Shown piece after piece: positions 6,337 through 14,885 of a DNA stretch of 44,489 nt. The stretch is from Candidatus Moraniibacteriota bacterium (GTDB lineage Bacteria; Patescibacteriota; Minisyncoccia; Moranbacterales; UBA9337). The DNA lies in the NCBI GenBank assembly GCA_034003925.1, contig JAVEXR010000001.1, positions 14,966-59,454 on the forward strand, read 5' to 3'. Numbering within the stretch: position 1 is the first letter of the stretch; every line of letters starts with the position of its first letter. A program made the translations under genes and the position numbers. The notes under the pieces are model-generated. The model saw only the letters and a program-made list of their open reading frames with translations, did not search any database and was not told where the DNA came from.

Positions 6337-8676
6337 ATGAAAACAAAAGTAGTATTGAGTATGTTTTTGTTTGCAGTAATATTTGCTCTAGCTCCAGGAC
6401 TCGTTACGGCTATCGAGTACGGACAAATGGGTGGCAGTCCGACTAACTTTGATCCTAACGTTCCTGATAGCAAATCCTGGTTTATTTATAAACTTGACCC
6501 CGGTACAACCAAAGAAGATTCTTTGACAGTGGTTAATCTTTTTGAAGACTCTTGGACAGCCATTATTTATGCAGCCGATAGTCTTAAAAGCTCTAGTGGG
6601 GGTTTTGCTCTTAGACAAATAACTGAACCCAAAGAAGCTGTAGGCTCTTGGGTAAAATTTTATCCCGAAGCTAAACCTGCTTTTGCCAATAAAGTCTTTG
6701 AAGATAAAAAAACCATTGACGAAGTGTGTAAAGTTTCTGGCGATGACCTAAAAAATAACTATGAGCTGAGTGAAGATAATATTTCTGAACTTAAGAAATG
6801 GTGTGAAGGAAAGGAATTGGTAGAAATGGATCTAAAATCCGGAGAGAAAAGGGAATTGCTTTTTGTGATCAGTATTCCCAAGGATGCCGATGTGGGAGAG
6901 CATACTGGAGGAATATTGATTCAAAAGAAAAGTAAGGACGAAGCTGCTCAGAGTGATGGCTCAAAAGTGATGCTGACTACTCGCGTAGGGGTGAGAATTT
7001 ATGAAACCGTGCCTGGAGACATAAATAAGACATTGGCTTTTTCTAATTTAAAAATAGCTAAAAATTTTGATGAATTTTATTTACCTTGGGATAAAGATAA
7101 AAAAGATAAGTTTAAAGAGTATTTAATCACTTCGGATATTAAAAATAATGGCAATATTAGCGTTGATTTTAGTGAAAAAATAACCATTGCCAATGCAATA
7201 ACTAGGAAAACAGAAAATATAGAAAATCGTAATTTTCAGGTTTTAAGAGGAGATAATTTTGTTTCAACTCTGTCTTGGAAAGGCCCGCGTTTTGGATTGT
7301 TGAGTTTTCAAAAAGAATATCGTTATGCAAATACTAACGGTGAAGAGCAAATAGTTCAATCTGAATTAATTAAGAAATGGTTTATTCCCTGGAGAGAGCT
7401 AGTAATAGTTACTTTTTTCGTTTTGATGGCGACGGGAGTCTATGTTTTTTGGAAAAGATATCAAAGAAAATATTATGGGGGAATCGGTTGGATAAATTAT
7501 CAGGTAGGAGAGGGGGAAACTGTGCAGAGTTTAATCAAGAAATTCTCAGTGGATTGGAATGTTTTTGTTAAGACTAATAAATTAAAGAAGCCTTATCTAT
7601 TAGAAGCTGGACAAATGATAAGGGTGCCTAAAAATAATTCTGGAGACTTGCCCGAAGAAGACTTTTTCTCAAAAGAAGAAACTAACCCAATTAAGAATTC
7701 ACCGGAGAAAATTATTTTAACTCCCAAATCTCTGACTGATGGAGTAGCTAATAAAGATGAATTATCTGACGAAGATATTTTGAACAGAAAAGATCTTTTT
7801 GACGGCTCACCGGAAAAAGAAAATATTAAAGATGATGTGGTTGAGATAGCAGACATTAAAAAAGATACTAAGGATACTCTGATGAAAAATGATATTGTCG
7901 ACAGTTCTTTATTTTTTGCTAGTGATGCTTCGAAAAAAGAAGAAAGTTTGGAGGTAATCAAGGAGGAAGAGGTATTGCCTGTGGCTAAAACTAAAAAAAC
8001 AATTGTAAATGCTCAGCCTCTTAGGAAAAATGCTGATATTCGAAAACCACAAGCAACTATTGTTGAAGATGTGGAGAGTGATTTTAAATCTATTAAAGAA
8101 AGTGTGCCTGAGAAAAATGATGATTTAATAATTGAAGATGGTGCGGCAACTGTTTTGGGCAATAAGGATGATAGTAAGAGTTATTTTAAATTAGTGATTA
8201 TAGCCTTAGCCTCGGTAATTATTATTTTATTGGGGACAGTTATTTATCTGCTTATGAATAACAAAGCAGCAGAAAAGACAGTGATTCAATCAGCACCAGC
8301 CAATAGTGAGAGCAATCAAGGGTCTGCTCCATCAGAAAATGTAGCGGTGGAAGAAAATAAAGAAGAGGCCACCGAAGAGGAACCGCTTGACCCGCTAAAA
8401 ATGACAATTGAGGTCTATAATGCGAGCGGAGTGGCTGGGGCAGCTGGTAAAGTAAAAGACTTTTTAGTGAGTAAAAAATATGAGAGCGTAGAAGCTAAAA
8501 ATTATCCTGGTGATGAGGTAGCTGGTTCAACTATCTATTATAAAGAGGAAAGAATGAAAGAAGAAGCTCAGTGGTTAGCTGATATGCTAAAGGATAGCGA
8601 TATTGATGCTCAGGTTAAATTAGCCACCACAGAAGAAGAAAAAAGTGCTGACGTGGTCATTATCTTAGGAAAATAA
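6337..8676 (+). CDS. Membrane protein: DUF916/DUF3324-like (WxL-interacting type) ectodomain, TM, LysM, acidic linker, TM, LytR_C domain
   Basis: 779 aa with a signal peptide. The N-terminal pattern SPTNFDP..SKSWFIYKLDPGTTKEDSLTVVNL...SSSGGFAL, GEKRELLFVISIPKDADVGEHTGGILIQ and VGVRIYE matches DUF916/DUF3324 cell-surface proteins as I recall them. TM1 is about aa 354-372. LysM is YQVGEGETVQSLIKKF..LLEAGQMIRVP. TM2 is about aa 617-640. The C-terminal LytR_C pattern is IEVYNASGVAGAAGKVKDFL...ADVVIILGK. Confidence 0.8.
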   Translation: MKTKVVLSMFLFAVIFALAPGLVTAIEYGQMGGSPTNFDPNVPDSKSWFIYKLDPGTTKEDSLTVVNLFEDSWTAIIYAADSLKSSSGGFALRQITEPKEAVGSWVKFYPEAKPAFANKVFEDKKTIDEVCKVSGDDLKNNYELSEDNISELKKWCEGKELVEMDLKSGEKRELLFVISIPKDADVGEHTGGILIQKKSKDEAAQSDGSKVMLTTRVGVRIYETVPGDINKTLAFSNLKIAKNFDEFYLPWDKDKKDKFKEYLITSDIKNNGNISVDFSEKITIANAITRKTENIENRNFQVLRGDNFVSTLSWKGPRFGLLSFQKEYRYANTNGEEQIVQSELIKKWFIPWRELVIVTFFVLMATGVYVFWKRYQRKYYGGIGWINYQVGEGETVQSLIKKFSVDWNVFVKTNKLKKPYLLEAGQMIRVPKNNSGDLPEEDFFSKEETNPIKNSPEKIILTPKSLTDGVANKDELSDEDILNRKDLFDGSPEKENIKDDVVEIADIKKDTKDTLMKNDIVDSSLFFASDASKKEESLEVIKEEEVLPVAKTKKTIVNAQPLRKNADIRKPQATIVEDVESDFKSIKESVPEKNDDLIIEDGAATVLGNKDDSKSYFKLVIIALASVIIILLGTVIYLLMNNKAAEKTVIQSAPANSESNQGSAPSENVAVEENKEEATEEEPLDPLKMTIEVYNASGVAGAAGKVKDFLVSKKYESVEAKNYPGDEVAGSTIYYKEERMKEEAQWLADMLKDSDIDAQVKLATTEEEKSADVVIILGK

Positions 8677-8722
8677 AGATTTGTATTTTTTATAAAAGTA
8701 AAATTATAAAGTAGTTAAAAAA

Positions 8723-9088
8723 ATGCGGGTGAACTTTTTTTTAAAGACAATTTGGATGATAGTTTTGATATGTAACTTTCAAATTGCTTCGGCTGATAGA
8801 GCTGTGGCGAGCAGTTTAAATGTGAATCAAAGCATCTTGCCGGTAAAATTCGTTTACTTAAGTGGTCATGGCTATATCAATGATATCTGGAGTAATGTAG
8901 GGGAACGGGATGATTTGTATGTAGTAAAATTCTTTAATGAGGACAAGGAAGAAGTGCCTCTGACAGAGGGATTGTTTTCGCAATATGCCGAGAAATCTCA
9001 AAAAGTGATAGTGCAGAGAGATATCACTCAAAGTAATCAATTCTTGAAAGGTGATAAATTGACTGAGGAAATATTAACTATCGTTTAG
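8723..9088 (+). CDS. Small secreted hypothetical protein, last gene of the surface-protein locus
   Basis: 121-aa ORF with a signal-like N-terminus (FLKTIWMIVLICNFQIASA). It starts 47 nt after the upstream stop with no intervening terminator, and a strong terminator follows it. No recognisable family. Confidence 0.6.
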   Translation: MRVNFFLKTIWMIVLICNFQIASADRAVASSLNVNQSILPVKFVYLSGHGYINDIWSNVGERDDLYVVKFFNEDKEEVPLTEGLFSQYAEKSQKVIVQRDITQSNQFLKGDKLTEEILTIV

Positions 9089-9106
9089 GCAAATCGAAAT
9101 TTAAAA

Positions 9107-9138
9107 AACCATCCCGATAGTGAGGATGGTTTTTTTTA
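9107..9138 (+). terminator. Rho-independent terminator ending the surface-protein locus
   Basis: AACCATCC / GGATGGTT stem with a 9-nt loop, followed by a T8 run. Confidence 0.85.
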
Positions 9139-9289
9139 TTGTCTAAGCCTCTTTATAATTTCTACTCGCTCACCTCCAGTTGGCGGATTGTCGAAGTGGT
9201 CGGGTAAATAAGAAAGGTTCATAAAGTTAATACGAGTATGTCATGCTGAACTCGATTCAGTATCTCAGGATTTATAAATGAGATCCCAC

Positions 9290-9311
9290 ACCTGCCTGCC
9301 GGCAGGCAGGT
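9290..9311. repeat. Perfect 22-bp palindrome ACCTGCCTGCCGGCAGGCAGGT
   Basis: Read directly. Degenerate copies are at 42112-42131 (CCTACCTACCGGCAGGCAGG) and 42030-42046. Confidence 0.9.
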
Positions 9312-9419
9312 AAATGAATTTCTAACGCTCTCCGCCGGCTGGCGGATCCCTAAGAAATTTTACTTTCTCCGCCTTGGCAAGCTAGAGCGAGACAGGTGGA
9401 TGACACCGCTGGGGTGTCA

Positions 9420-9610
9420 GTTTCTTAACGCTCCCTTCGACCTGCCCGCCATTGCCAAATCAAATGTCTTAAATAGTTTGTTTAATGTGCAGAATATATT
9501 GAGCTTGTGGATTATTAATAGATAAGGCTGTGGCAGGCGGGGTTGATTTATTTTATTTTATCTGCCCGCCTGCAATGCAAGCAAAGCTCTGCGGGCAGGT
9601 AAGGTGTGGA
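9420..9610. repeat. Noncoding backbone repeat, copy A, interrupted by GC-rich inserts
   Basis: GTTTCTTAACGCTCCCTTCGACCTG (9420-9444), GATTTATTTTATTTTATC (9545-9562) and GTAAGGTGTGGA (9599-9610) match 42217-42271. Two extra segments are absent there. Confidence 0.8.
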
Positions 9611-9649
9611 TGGGATACATAATATGTTTTAATCTTAAAGCTCACAAAG

Positions 9650-9690
9650 CGGGTAAAATTAAAACCGCTAATTAACGCTAGCGGTTTTAA
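9650..9690 (-). terminator. Hairpin terminator downstream of the RND operon
   Basis: Perfect 10-bp stem AAAACCGCTA (9661-9670) / TAGCGGTTTT (9679-9688). A short U-run follows on the minus strand. Confidence 0.55.
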
Positions 9691-9699
9691 TTGATGTTT

Positions 9700-12600
9700 T
9701 TATTTAGTTTTATCTTTGACGAAGGTCATAAATAGAACCGGCACTAAAAAGAGAGTTAGAAATGAGGATAGGATTAACCCAAATATTACCGCGCTTCCTA
9801 AGGCTCGCCATAGTTCATTGGAAAGAGTGATAGGGATAATACCGAAGATAGTACAGATAGAGGTAACAAAGATGGCTTCCAATCTTGATTTACCGGCATC
9901 AATAATGGAAACATCAAAGGGAATACCACTATTGATATTGAGATTTATCTTATCAATCAGAATGATAGCATTTTTAACTACTATCCCAAAAAGCGCCAAT
10001 ATTCCGATTAAGCCAGGAAAGCTTAGACTGATTCCAAAGATAGCCAGACCCAAAAATGTCCCAATGAGCGCCAATGGCAAAGTAACTAAAACAATGGCGG
10101 ATTGTTTAAAGGAATTAAATTGAATAATCATTGTAGAAAAAATGAGTATTCCGGCAATGATCATTGCTCTAAGAATTGAGGCGACCGATTCAGCGTTTTG
10201 TTCATTTTCTCCTCCATAGGTGATTTCGTATCCTTCTGGTAATTCGTATTGTTGGGATAATTTCTCTTGGAATTGAGCTAAGATTTGATTGGAGTTGGTC
10301 CTCTTATCGGCTCCTGCAGAAAGATAGACCGTTCTTTTTTGATCAATGCGGTTTATGGTTTCGATAGAGGGTTTTAATTCAATCTTGGCCACATCTTTGA
10401 GATAAACAGGTTCGCCCAATTTGTTGATAATTTGCAGGTTTTGAATAGCATCTAGAGAAGGAATTTTTTCTTCATTGAAACTGGCTACCACATCGATGTC
10501 TTTATTGTCTTTTATTACGGTAGAGATAGTAGTACCTGAGATAGCTGTGCGTAGAGTCATGCCTACCAAAGAAGCATTAAGGTTATAAAGCTCCATTTTG
10601 GCGGTATCTAGTTTAAATGTGTATTCAGCTGGGGATTCTTTAAAGGATATGTCAGTGTTAATGGTGCCTTCAATTGAATCTAAGATTTTTCTTAAGTCGT
10701 TGGCGATGCTGTCTAGTTCTTGCAGATCGTCGCCTATGATTTGAGCTTGGAAGGCGGAACCAGAAGGTGGTCCTCCAGAGGGACTGCTAATATTTATGGT
10801 AGCTTCTTGGATGTCTTTGACATCATTGCGTAAACTGTCGGAAATTTCATAAGATTTTCTTTCTCTTTCTTTGGTGGGAGAGAGCTTTATTGTGATAGAG
10901 GCTGTGTTGGAAGTGTCTTGAGCTATGCCGATATTTCCTCCTTGTCCAGGATTACCAACTAGAGTAGAAAAATTAATTATCTCTGGATATTGGTAGAGTT
11001 TTTCTTCTACCTTTTGGATAATTTTATCTGATTGCCCAAGGTTTAGCCCGACAGGAGCGCGCATACTGATATATATTTCTTCGCTATCTGAGGTGGGGAA
11101 AAATTCTGTCTTAACAATGCCCGAAATTGGGAGAGATACAGCGATAGTAAATAAAAGTACAATAGCGCCAATAAAGGTGAAGCGAGATTTCTTGGTGCAC
11201 AAAACTTTTTTGAGATATTTCTCATAAATTGGCAGAACTCTCTCAAAGTTAATAATTCCATGAATCAGTTTTTGAGAAAAAGTTCCAGCTTCTCGATTGC
11301 CCTGAGCATAAAGCTTGGCTTTGATAGCTTCATCATCGCGCCATTCTTTTTTAACCAAAACGGCGTTTTCAGCCAAAACGTTCTTTCCTCTTGTGAAATA
11401 CCAAGACAACATCCAGATAGCGATAGCTAAGAAAAAGATGCTAAAGATATAACCATACACATTGTGCAAAGTGATAATAAAAATTCCCAGAAAGATTAAG
11501 GAAAAAAGGATAACGGCAAAGAAATTTTTAGTCAGACGAATTCTCTCCAGTACAGCGGCCAATGGATGGTTTATCATCAGGGCGATAAGAAGTGATGAAA
11601 CTAAAGTTACTGAAACAGTAATAGGAATTGATTTGATATATTCTCCAATTATTCCTGAAGCCATTAGCAGGGGTAAAAATGCCCATACAGTAGCCAAGGT
11701 AGTGGTGGTAAGGACGATTTTAAAATCGCGAAGCACCAAAAGAACAGCCTCTTCGGGAGTAAATTTGCCACTTTTCATATATTGCTTGGTGGCGCTAACT
11801 ACCACGATGGCGTCATCTACCAGTAGTCCCAAAGCCAAAAGTAATGAAAAGATCGAAAGAAAATTCAAAGAAGTCCCGGTAGAAAGCATCACTCCGAAAG
11901 TGGCAAAAAACACCAATGGAATAGCTAATCCAGCTACGAAAGCTTCCTTAAGACCCACCACTAAAAACAAAATTCCTACCACTAAAACTAAAGTTATCAA
12001 AAAATCATGAGCCAGTTGCTCAAAATCTTGTCTGATTAAATCAGCCTGATTGATGGTGGTGGCATAATCCAAATCTTCTGGTAATTTTTTTAATTCATTA
12101 TCAATGGTTTCTTGCGCTTGAGCAACTGTGTCCAAAATTGAGCTGCCGGTTCTTTTGATAATCTGGATACTGATAGAATTTTGAGGAGAATTTCCGTTTT
12201 GAGAAAAACGGGACAAAATCTTTTTTTCAATAGATTGTTCTTTGACCTCGGCAATATCTCTTAAATAAACAATAGCTCCATTGCCAGTATGGGAAACAGG
12301 GATGTTAGCTAAAGCTTGCGCATCAAAAAAACGTGCGTCTGTTCTTACTGGATAATTATATTCTTCACCTTCGAAATTTCCAGCGGGAATAGCTCTATTG
12401 GTAGCGATAATAGCTTGATTAGCCTGGTCTATAGAGAGATTAAAAAAAGATAGTTTTTGAGGATCGTAAGCCACACTAAATTCACGTTCATCTCCTCCAG
12501 AAATTTTTATTTCTCGAATGCCGGAGATTTTTTCTAATTCATCTTGTATATTTTCAGCAAATTCTCGAAGAGTAAAACCATCAAAAGGTCCCGTTAACTC

Positions 12601-13128
12601 AAAGGTAACTACGGGCGTATCGTCAAAAGATATTTCCGTTACCTGAGGATCTTCGGCATCTTCGGGGATTTCATTTCTGATATCAGCTAATTTATCCCTT
12701 AATTTCCTGACAGAATTATCGATATCCTCATTGGCGTTAAACTCTACCGTTACTGAGGAAAAAGAATTAGTTGATTGAGAAGTGATTTTATCTATCCCTG
12801 AGATGCCAGAAATATGAGTTTCAATTTTTTTGGTAACCAGCTCTTCTACGTCAGTGGGTGAGGCGCCGGGATAAATATCTGTCACTACCGCAATCGGAAT
12901 TTTAACTTCTGGATTAGATTCTCGCGGTAATTTAATATAAGAATAAATTCCCCAACCAGAAAGAATAAGAATCATTAAAATGACAACTCTAAAGTTAACC
13001 ACAAAAAAATTCAACCAGCTTTTCTTAAGCTCTGGGTCAAATTCGAGTTTCTCTAAATAAACTAAATCACTGGATTTAATCTTATGAGATTTGGGAGAAG
13101 ATTTTTCTTCGGGTATGATATTTTTCAT
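9700..13128 (-). CDS. RND-family efflux transporter (AcrB/AcrD/AcrF type)
   Basis: 1142 aa with a 12-TM, two-large-loop architecture. Typical RND motifs are present (LALGLLVDDAIVVV, GILALFGIVVKNAIILID). Confidence 0.9.
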   Translation of the reverse strand: MKNIIPEEKSSPKSHKIKSSDLVYLEKLEFDPELKKSWLNFFVVNFRVVILMILILSGWGIYSYIKLPRESNPEVKIPIAVVTDIYPGASPTDVEELVTKKIETHISGISGIDKITSQSTNSFSSVTVEFNANEDIDNSVRKLRDKLADIRNEIPEDAEDPQVTEISFDDTPVVTFELTGPFDGFTLREFAENIQDELEKISGIREIKISGGDEREFSVAYDPQKLSFFNLSIDQANQAIIATNRAIPAGNFEGEEYNYPVRTDARFFDAQALANIPVSHTGNGAIVYLRDIAEVKEQSIEKKILSRFSQNGNSPQNSISIQIIKRTGSSILDTVAQAQETIDNELKKLPEDLDYATTINQADLIRQDFEQLAHDFLITLVLVVGILFLVVGLKEAFVAGLAIPLVFFATFGVMLSTGTSLNFLSIFSLLLALGLLVDDAIVVVSATKQYMKSGKFTPEEAVLLVLRDFKIVLTTTTLATVWAFLPLLMASGIIGEYIKSIPITVSVTLVSSLLIALMINHPLAAVLERIRLTKNFFAVILFSLIFLGIFIITLHNVYGYIFSIFFLAIAIWMLSWYFTRGKNVLAENAVLVKKEWRDDEAIKAKLYAQGNREAGTFSQKLIHGIINFERVLPIYEKYLKKVLCTKKSRFTFIGAIVLLFTIAVSLPISGIVKTEFFPTSDSEEIYISMRAPVGLNLGQSDKIIQKVEEKLYQYPEIINFSTLVGNPGQGGNIGIAQDTSNTASITIKLSPTKERERKSYEISDSLRNDVKDIQEATINISSPSGGPPSGSAFQAQIIGDDLQELDSIANDLRKILDSIEGTINTDISFKESPAEYTFKLDTAKMELYNLNASLVGMTLRTAISGTTISTVIKDNKDIDVVASFNEEKIPSLDAIQNLQIINKLGEPVYLKDVAKIELKPSIETINRIDQKRTVYLSAGADKRTNSNQILAQFQEKLSQQYELPEGYEITYGGENEQNAESVASILRAMIIAGILIFSTMIIQFNSFKQSAIVLVTLPLALIGTFLGLAIFGISLSFPGLIGILALFGIVVKNAIILIDKINLNINSGIPFDVSIIDAGKSRLEAIFVTSICTIFGIIPITLSNELWRALGSAVIFGLILSSFLTLFLVPVLFMTFVKDKTK

Positions 13129-13151
13129 TTTTGATAAGTTAAAGCAATAAG

Positions 13152-14225
13152 TTAATTGTTTTTCAATGTGAGTTCATCTCCTTCTTTTAGCAGCTTGCTA
13201 CCATCGATAATTATTTTATCTTCTGGATTAAGTTCTGCTTTTATTTCAGCCATTTCGCCAATAACTTTAATCAGTTCAATGTTTGTCTTTTGAGCTTTTT
13301 GCTGGTTAATTGTGAAAATATAGTTTTCATTTTGACTGATGGTTATAGCGGATAGGGGTAAAATTAAATTTTCCAAAGACTGTGGCAAGTAATTCATATT
13401 GAACTCTACACTCACGACTGAACCAATAGCAAGTGGTTGATTATCAATAGGCGTAGCCTCAACTAAGAATCTCTTAGTACTTTCGTCGGCCTGAGGGGAT
13501 ATTAGGCTTATTTTTGCGCTTATGGCATTATCATTTTCAAGAAGTTTTATTTCGTCGCCTAATTTGAAATATGATAATTCCTCTTTATTTACAAAAAATT
13601 GAACTTCTAATTTTCCCATTTTGGAAATAGTAGCAATGGGTTGTCCGGCATTGATAGAATCTCCGACAGAAACAAATTTTTGAGTGATTGTGCCAGAAAT
13701 AGGGGCGCTTACAAATTTACCATCCAAGGCGCCCTGTAGAGCTGCTTCGGCGCTTGCAAGTTGAGCTTCGGCAATTTCTTTGAGTCTTTTATTGGTATAA
13801 TTCTCATGTTTTTTGTAAACTTTTTTAGCTAGGCGATAATTTTGATCAGCCGACTCTACCGCTGATTCCAATCCCTTGATCTGACTATCTTTAAGTCCAT
13901 TTTCCCCAAAACTGGAAATTGTGCCAGCTAAATCAATGGTAGCTAGGCGTTGTCCTTGAGAGATGTTTTTGCCTAAATCAAAGTTTAATTGGGTAACTGT
14001 CCCGTTGCTGCTAGCGTTTAGGGTAATTTGTTGATTGCTGGCGATGATTGCGGGATAAATTGCAGTTTTCTTGAAACTGTGGCTATCTGAAACTGTTTGG
14101 GCTGATACCACAGTGGGTTTTTTAACGATAGTTTCTTCGGTGGCTGGTTTTTTTTGAGAAAATCTAAAAGCTAAAATAGCCAGAAGAGCTATGAGTATGA
14201 TTGAGATAAGTAGTTTTGGCTTCAT
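13152..14225 (-). CDS. Efflux adaptor, membrane-fusion protein (HlyD/RND MFP family)
   Basis: 357 aa with an N-terminal anchor, a coiled-coil hairpin (AQLASAEAALQGALDG) and lipoyl/beta-barrel motifs (APISGTITQKFVSVGDSINAGQPIATI). It lies directly upstream of the RND gene. Confidence 0.88.
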   Translation of the reverse strand: MKPKLLISIILIALLAILAFRFSQKKPATEETIVKKPTVVSAQTVSDSHSFKKTAIYPAIIASNQQITLNASSNGTVTQLNFDLGKNISQGQRLATIDLAGTISSFGENGLKDSQIKGLESAVESADQNYRLAKKVYKKHENYTNKRLKEIAEAQLASAEAALQGALDGKFVSAPISGTITQKFVSVGDSINAGQPIATISKMGKLEVQFFVNKEELSYFKLGDEIKLLENDNAISAKISLISPQADESTKRFLVEATPIDNQPLAIGSVVSVEFNMNYLPQSLENLILPLSAITISQNENYIFTINQQKAQKTNIELIKVIGEMAEIKAELNPEDKIIIDGSKLLKEGDELTLKNN

Positions 14226-14245
14226 AATGATTATTGATAATTGAA

Positions 14246-14713
14246 TTATTTCTTTCTATAAATATTTTTAAATTTAACTTCTTGCTCATCCAGAAAAGTC
14301 ATTAATTTTTTCATGAATTTGATATGGGTGATGATTTCTTTTTTGCTAAAAATCTTTTCGTTAGCTAGATGGAATTTTTCTATTTCTTTCATGGCTTTTT
14401 TTACTTGAGTTTTTCCTAAGTCAGTTATTTTAAGAATGGTTTCACGTTTATCCTTGCTAGAGATACTCTTGCTCCTAGTAATAAGCCCATTTTTTTCTAA
14501 AATATTAAGCCTTTGGGTGATATTGGACTTGCTTTTGCCAGTCAGTAAAATCAATTCTTTGGCAGTAGTTACTTTTTTGTTGTGTAAATAGCCCAAAATT
14601 CGCATGGATGACAAGGACAGTCCCATTGGATGAAAGATGTACTTGTTGGCCATAGATTCAATTTTTTCTCCAATAAAGATAAAATCTTCGGAGGGAATTT
14701 TAATACATTTCAT
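14246..14713 (-). CDS. MarR-family transcriptional regulator
   Basis: 155 aa. The winged-HTH pattern is LSLSSMRILGYLHNKKVTTAKELILLTGKSKSNITQRLNILEKNGLITRSKS..DKRE. It is the first gene of the MarR-MFP-RND operon. Confidence 0.88.
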   Translation of the reverse strand: MKCIKIPSEDFIFIGEKIESMANKYIFHPMGLSLSSMRILGYLHNKKVTTAKELILLTGKSKSNITQRLNILEKNGLITRSKSISSKDKRETILKITDLGKTQVKKAMKEIEKFHLANEKIFSKKEIITHIKFMKKLMTFLDEQEVKFKNIYRKK

Positions 14714-14751
14714 AATTTATTCTATTAAAGTTACTGGGTTATTAACTAGAT

Positions 14752-14769
14752 TAGTTTACTCGTAAACTA
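14752..14769. promoter_or_regulatory. Perfect inverted repeat, candidate MarR operator
   Basis: TAGTTTAC-TC-GTAAACTA lies 39 nt upstream of the marR-family start codon (14713, minus strand). Confidence 0.55.
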
Positions 14770-14885
14770 TTTTTTTGTCAAGAATGAAGTTATGTAAACA
14801 TATGAACATAGTAGCTCCGCTATCCGTCAATTGGTCGGAGGCGGATTAGAAGTCAAATATCTATGTTTATAAGAGACAAGGACAC

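Noticed and set aside
9139-9699. Possibility that the GC-rich 560-bp spacer encodes a known structured RNA (RNase P RNA, tmRNA, SRP/4.5S RNA, 6S RNA).
   Set aside because: I could not find the hallmark conserved strings: GAGGAAAGUCC for RNase P, a tRNA-like 3' end with a tag ORF for tmRNA, or the SRP domain IV motif. This still needs an Infernal/Rfam scan to be definitive.
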